A program made the translations under genes and the position numbers. The notes under the pieces are model-generated. The model saw only the letters and a list, made by a program, of their open reading frames with translations. It did no database searches and was not told the origin of the DNA. Below, piece by piece: positions 16,679 through 20,000 of a stretch of DNA of 20,000 nucleotides. The first letter of the stretch is position 1. Each line of letters opens with the position of its first letter. Source of the DNA: an uncultured virus (IMG/VR IMGVR_UViG_3300030099_006113) (taxonomy: Duplodnaviria; Heunggongvirae; Uroviricota; Caudoviricetes); IMG/VR virus record IMGVR_UViG_3300030099_006113, positions 48,174-68,173 of that record; one strand, given 5' to 3'.

Positions 16679-17388
16679 TTATTATCTCCTAGTATCCCAT
16701 CTTCTTGCTGGTTTTCTTTTTTGGCATTGTTTTCTTCTTTGCCTTTTTCTTTACCTTCTTCATTGGCTTGCTCTTCATCGCCTTCATAGAACCATTTTTC
16801 ATCATGACAGTAATTCCTTAATGTGTTTGAAAAGTATACTTCTTCGCATGCTTCAAAGTCTGGTGGACCTTGTACTTTGGTTAGACTTTGTTCAGTCCAG
16901 AGAATTCTGTTGTTAGGCATTGAGCAGTATTGGCCATTCTCTAGGGCTAGTATGTTTTGGCTCTTGTGCTCTTTAGGTATAGATGCGCATGTTGGCATTA
17001 GCTCTCCGTTGGCATCACATTGATCTACAGTGCAAATGTATGTACCGCCAACTAGCTCGTTCCCAATCCTTACCTTTGCGTCAAGGTGCCTAAGAGCGTC
17101 TTTAACAATCGTAGTAATAAACCAGGTATCAATATCCCAAAGAGCAAGATCAGACTGCTCAAACCTAAAATCGCCTTCTCTGTCGTGGACAAAGGCCTCA
17201 ATGGGTAGCTTGTCATAAAGAGCGCCATTCTCGAGTAAAGTCTCAAACAAAAGAGCTCGATGTTTCTGGGCCTTAACGCTTACCCAGTAACCCTTCATGA
17301 ATTCTCCATGGCCTTTCTTTCCATTGTAAAGGAATTCCTTCCTTACAAAGACAGGCTCAAGGGGTAAGTTTGCTACTAAAAAACTCAC
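16657..17388 (-). CDS. Conserved phage hypothetical protein
   Basis: 243 aa, GTGA overlap with upstream gene; 'VRKEFLY...WVSVK...FETLLENGALYDKLPIEAF', 'EHKS...LENGQ...PNNRILW' resemble a family seen in aquatic phages. Confidence 0.7.
   Translation of the reverse strand: MSFLVANLPLEPVFVRKEFLYNGKKGHGEFMKGYWVSVKAQKHRALLFETLLENGALYDKLPIEAFVHDREGDFRFEQSDLALWDIDTWFITTIVKDALRHLDAKVRIGNELVGGTYICTVDQCDANGELMPTCASIPKEHKSQNILALENGQYCSMPNNRILWTEQSLTKVQGPPDFEACEEVYFSNTLRNYCHDEKWFYEGDEEQANEEGKEKGKEENNAKKENQQEDGILGDNKWQTTQS
16689..16763 (-). CDS. Possible lysine-rich peptide (24 aa) nested in the tail of 16657-17388
   Basis: MKKVKKKAKKKTMPKKKTSKKMGY*, stop abuts the RBS of the next gene. Confidence 0.3.
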   Translation of the reverse strand: MKKVKKKAKKKTMPKKKTSKKMGY

Positions 17389-17639
17389 TTCCTGTGTCTC
17401 CTGGTTTTTTTAGCAATCTTCTTTGGTTGCTTGCTATGCTGCTTGCCCTTCTTAGTGTCTGCCCTTTTCTTTCTTGATGTGGCAGCATACTCGGAAGCAG
17501 AGAGAGACTTGATCGCAGATGTCGGGAGATATCTTTCACCAGTAGCCTTTGGACCCTGAGTACTAGGCTTACCTGATTTAGTTCTCCACTTTTGCTTGCC
17601 CCATTTTTTAAGGCTTTTCTGTGGTTTCTTAAGGGCCAT
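17385..17639 (-). CDS. Small basic protein, DUF5872-like C-terminal half
   Basis: 'QKSLKKWGKQKWRTKSG...GERYLP' motif; very K/R-rich. Confidence 0.7.
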   Translation of the reverse strand: MALKKPQKSLKKWGKQKWRTKSGKPSTQGPKATGERYLPTSAIKSLSASEYAATSRKKRADTKKGKQHSKQPKKIAKKTRRHRK

Positions 17640-17641
17640 AT

Positions 17642-17770
17642 CTATTTCTTCTTTTTCTTGGAAACCTTCTTCTTTTTCCTGGAAATACCCTCAAGCGTCT
17701 TAGCCTGTGAAGCATGCAGCTTTGATGCTTTTTTTAGGCCCTTGATTACTTTTTTAATTTTTTTTTGCAT
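17642..17770 (-). CDS. Lysine-rich small protein (42 aa)
   Basis: Not in track; TAATG overlap with upstream gene; MQKKIKKVIKGLKKASKLHASQAKTLEGISRKKKKVSKKKKK*; fills the gap exactly. Confidence 0.6.
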   Translation of the reverse strand: MQKKIKKVIKGLKKASKLHASQAKTLEGISRKKKKVSKKKKK

Positions 17771-17961
17771 TAGTTTTTATAACCTCCGCCAGCGGCTTTG
17801 TATTGCTTAGCCAGCATTTGAGCTTTTCTTGCAGACCATTGGCCTGGTTTACCACCTTTTCCGCCTGCTTTGATTTTATTGAAAAGCCTTTTACGCATAG
17901 CTGGCTTTGTATAGTTGCCAGACTGATTGACTTTGCTTTTTGTTTTTCTCTTTGCAGCCAT
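17770..17961 (-). CDS. Small basic protein, DUF5872-like N-terminal half
   Basis: 'YTKPAMRKRLFNKIKAGGKGGKPGQWSARKAQMLAKQYKAAGGGY'; starts right after the lysin stop (TAGATG). Confidence 0.75.
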   Translation of the reverse strand: MAAKRKTKSKVNQSGNYTKPAMRKRLFNKIKAGGKGGKPGQWSARKAQMLAKQYKAAGGGYKN

Positions 17962-18528
17962 CTACCATTCCTCAAGTAGCGTGTATGAGAATGACTCACA
18001 GCCGAGTGTAGCTATTTGCATTCTTGCAAGCCTCATCATCTCATCGAAGTCTGACTCATTAGCCAATACCTGGCAACCAGCAGACCATCTATCTACTCTT
18101 GAGCTGCTTTCACCTGCTTTATGACAATTGATTCCAAAGAAGCCAGTGTCCTTTGGTCCATTCATATCTGCCTGGTTGTCCCTGTCGGCATCTCTCCATA
18201 CGGTAACTTCGGCTCCTCTTTGGCAGAGTGCTTCATACTTGCCAGCATGTAAGCCAATCTCCCATACTCCCGGGTAATGGCCAGGGCAGAGTATTGCTGT
18301 TCCTTTTATTTGTAGAGGATTTAGCAGGTAATACTGACCAGGATCAGTAGTAGCGGTCCAGTAATGAGCCATCCATTGGCCACCCTGGCGATACGTGCAG
18401 GTTAACATGTCGTCGAATTTGTTTGGCGCACCGTTTTTTTTTCTCACACCTACAATGTTGAGATCGTATTGTCCGTCGAAGACAGGGTAACCCATCGCCT
18501 TCTTCTGGGCTAATATTGGGGGCAGCAT
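17962..18528 (-). CDS. Putative endolysin, L,D-transpeptidase-like His/Cys catalytic motif
   Basis: 188 aa; 'LNIVGVR', 'NKFDD', 'TTDPG', 'GINCH...WSAGCQV' (H...SxGC as in YkuD-like enzymes); adjacent to holin-like genes; GGAGG RBS. Confidence 0.65.
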   Translation of the reverse strand: MLPPILAQKKAMGYPVFDGQYDLNIVGVRKKNGAPNKFDDMLTCTYRQGGQWMAHYWTATTDPGQYYLLNPLQIKGTAILCPGHYPGVWEIGLHAGKYEALCQRGAEVTVWRDADRDNQADMNGPKDTGFFGINCHKAGESSSRVDRWSAGCQVLANESDFDEMMRLARMQIATLGCESFSYTLLEEW

Positions 18529-18759
18529 CTAAAACCTCCACTTTATTCCTGCCGTTGTTTGCCAATCTAAACCTTCATTCAACTCTATGCCTGCATCAAC
18601 AAAGGCACTTAACCCTTCAGTAATTTCTCCGCTAATCTCTGCAAAGGCTTCGGCGCGTACTTCAAAAGCACTAGACCCGAGAACACGTAAGCCGAGATCA
18701 AAAGCACCGTTAGACGCGTTCCTCGACTTAACGGCATCTCTTATTCCTCCGGCGACTTT
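18529..18759 (-). CDS. Start-less reading frame, predicted -1 frameshift extension of the holin-like gene
   Basis: KVAGGIRDAVKSRNASNGAFDLGLRVLGSSAFEVRAEAFAEISGEITEGLSAFVDAGIELNEGLDWQTTAGIKWRF*; begins at A-AAA-AAG (18762-18756), stop abuts lysin ATG. Confidence 0.6.
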   Translation of the reverse strand, partial: KVAGGIRDAVKSRNASNGAFDLGLRVLGSSAFEVRAEAFAEISGEITEGLSAFVDAGIELNEGLDWQTTAGIKWRF

Positions 18760-18974
18760 TTTACTTGAGACACAGCCTCCGCAGATGCAAGAGCTCGTTT
18801 TACTGTAGCCCTGGATTGAGAGTAGCTAGCCCCACAAACAGCAGCTAGGATAGGCCCTCCGACTTGAGCCCACTGGGAATCGGAGAAGATGGCACAGAGG
18901 CAACCACCAATCATACCTAATAATGTCATTAGGAACTCTGAACTCTTAAGGCCGTTAGTCTTGCCTTGAATCAT
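18741..18974 (-). CDS. Holin-like two-TM membrane protein
   Basis: 77 aa; 'GLKSSEFLMTLLGMIGG' and 'VGGPILAAVCGASYSQSR' hydrophobic segments; upstream of lysin. Confidence 0.65.
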   Translation of the reverse strand: MIQGKTNGLKSSEFLMTLLGMIGGCLCAIFSDSQWAQVGGPILAAVCGASYSQSRATVKRALASAEAVSQVKKSPEE

Positions 18975-19245
18975 CGCGTTCTCTCCTATCCCGCTCTACT
19001 GCGTCTTTGATATCCATGCGGCGAATAATCTCATACGTATTGCTCAACGCCTCACGCGTCTTGTCGCTTACATCGTCAACCCTGTCGCTTAACGCCTCTA
19101 GCTTTTCCTCGTTAACCGCTAGCTTAGATGCAAGTCCATTGCCGTTATGCTTTGGGTTTCGCTTGTCACTGAATCTTTCGGCCAGGCGCATGCCTACAAC
19201 GATTGCCGCAACAACGCCCCCGCCGAGTGCCGATTCAGGATCCAC
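18955..19245 (-). CDS. Membrane-anchored coiled-coil protein (lysis module)
   Basis: 96 aa, N-terminal hydrophobic helix 'ALGGGVVAAIVVGM' then coiled coil; GAGGA RBS. Confidence 0.6.
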   Translation of the reverse strand: MDPESALGGGVVAAIVVGMRLAERFSDKRNPKHNGNGLASKLAVNEEKLEALSDRVDDVSDKTREALSNTYEIIRRMDIKDAVERDRRERDDSRQD

Positions 19246-19246
19246 G

Positions 19247-19492
19247 TTAGTCCTCGCTTGCCGTTGCGTCTTCGACGGTGTGGCCGCCTTCGCTCATTTT
19301 GGCTTTTAGCGCGTCAACGGCACTGTCAATTAGCGATGTGACGCCGTCGCCTTCAAGCGGTAGGTTAACGCCGAAGCGCGTGTTGTCCACTTCAGGTAGC
19401 GTTGCAATTGCTTGACATGATGCGCTTACGCTGTTGTCAGCGATTGATTTAGTGATAGTCACCTGGACGGTGTGTAAGGTTTTAGTCGCCAT
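19247..19492 (-). CDS. Hypothetical protein downstream of tail fibre
   Basis: 81 aa, AGGAG RBS, overlaps tail fibre stop. Confidence 0.6.
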   Translation of the reverse strand: MATKTLHTVQVTITKSIADNSVSASCQAIATLPEVDNTRFGVNLPLEGDGVTSLIDSAVDALKAKMSEGGHTVEDATASED

Positions 19493-20000
19493 TTTTCAAC
19501 TCCTGGATTTGGCCATGCATCTCTTGCAGGGCGCGGGTCAAGACAGCAACCAGATGCCCGTAAGACATCGACTTGCTGCCGTTTTCGCCAAAAACAACCT
19601 CGGGAATAATTTGCTCAACCTCTTGAGCGATAAAGCCGATGTCTGCTTGGCCGGTTTTTTTGTAGTCGTAACCAACGGGCCTTAGCTGCAAAACAGTTTC
19701 AAGACCGTAAGGGATTGTCTCAATGTCAGACTTTAACGCAACGTCAGAAGCATCCGTGAAAACTCCGGCAGCAGTTAGCTTTGCACCGCTGTCGTCAAGG
19801 ATTGAATCACCAGTCCCTGCATTCTGAATTTCTAGTGCAACGGGATTGTTGGTCGAATCATTCTGATCGACAACGACACACGGCACGTTGGCGCCGTCCG
19901 GGCAATTGACTTGCAGCTGCCCACTTGCATCAACACACTCGTGATTTACGCCAAGCTTGTGATCATGGTCTACATTTATCGCAACCGAGTTTTGCATAAT
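19482..20000 (-). CDS. Tail fibre/spike C-terminus with Peptidase_S74 intramolecular chaperone (5' end outside window)
   Basis: 'SDVALKSDI...GLETVLQLRPVGY...IGFIAQEVEQIIPEVV...MSYGHLVAVLTRALQE' plus terminal coiled coil; frame open to the window edge. Confidence 0.9.
   Translation of the reverse strand: MMQNSVAINVDHDHKLGVNHECVDASGQLQVNCPDGANVPCVVVDQNDSTNNPVALEIQNAGTGDSILDDSGAKLTAAGVFTDASDVALKSDIETIPYGLETVLQLRPVGYDYKKTGQADIGFIAQEVEQIIPEVVFGENGSKSMSYGHLVAVLTRALQEMHGQIQELKNGD

Overview
A 20 kb piece of a tailed dsDNA phage genome with no host genes. Left (minus strand, 1-6857): the head/packaging operon, comprising a putative small terminase, a GNAT acetyltransferase, large terminase, portal, scaffold, major capsid and a probable decoration protein. 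Middle (plus strand, 8297-16044): early/replication genes, including small hypotheticals, ArdC-like antirestriction protein, AAA_24/Sak4-like ATPase, SSB-like protein, initiator, DnaC-like loader and Hjc-like resolvase. Right (minus strand, 16295-20000): the distal late operon, with a tail fibre carrying a Peptidase_S74 chaperone, membrane/holin-like genes, a putative endolysin and very basic small proteins. Two things stand out. (1) The 1.4 kb gap between the divergent operons holds a GC-rich, densely folded ~800-nt element (7480-8242). It has three copies of a conserved internal loop (ACT-A[A/C]CGAC-GC...GC-TTACG-AGT) in stems of different sequence, and six different stems all capped by G-AGTA-C. 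It is followed by one GC-rich orphan ORF and a terminator, a candidate undescribed structured RNA (or ssDNA) plus protein system. (2) The holin-like gene ends in an A-AAA-AAG slippery site with an upstream GGAGG; a -1 frameshift would add a start-less 76-codon frame ending GIKWRF that abuts the endolysin ATG. All product calls are from motif recognition and gene order, not database searches; all folds are by eye.
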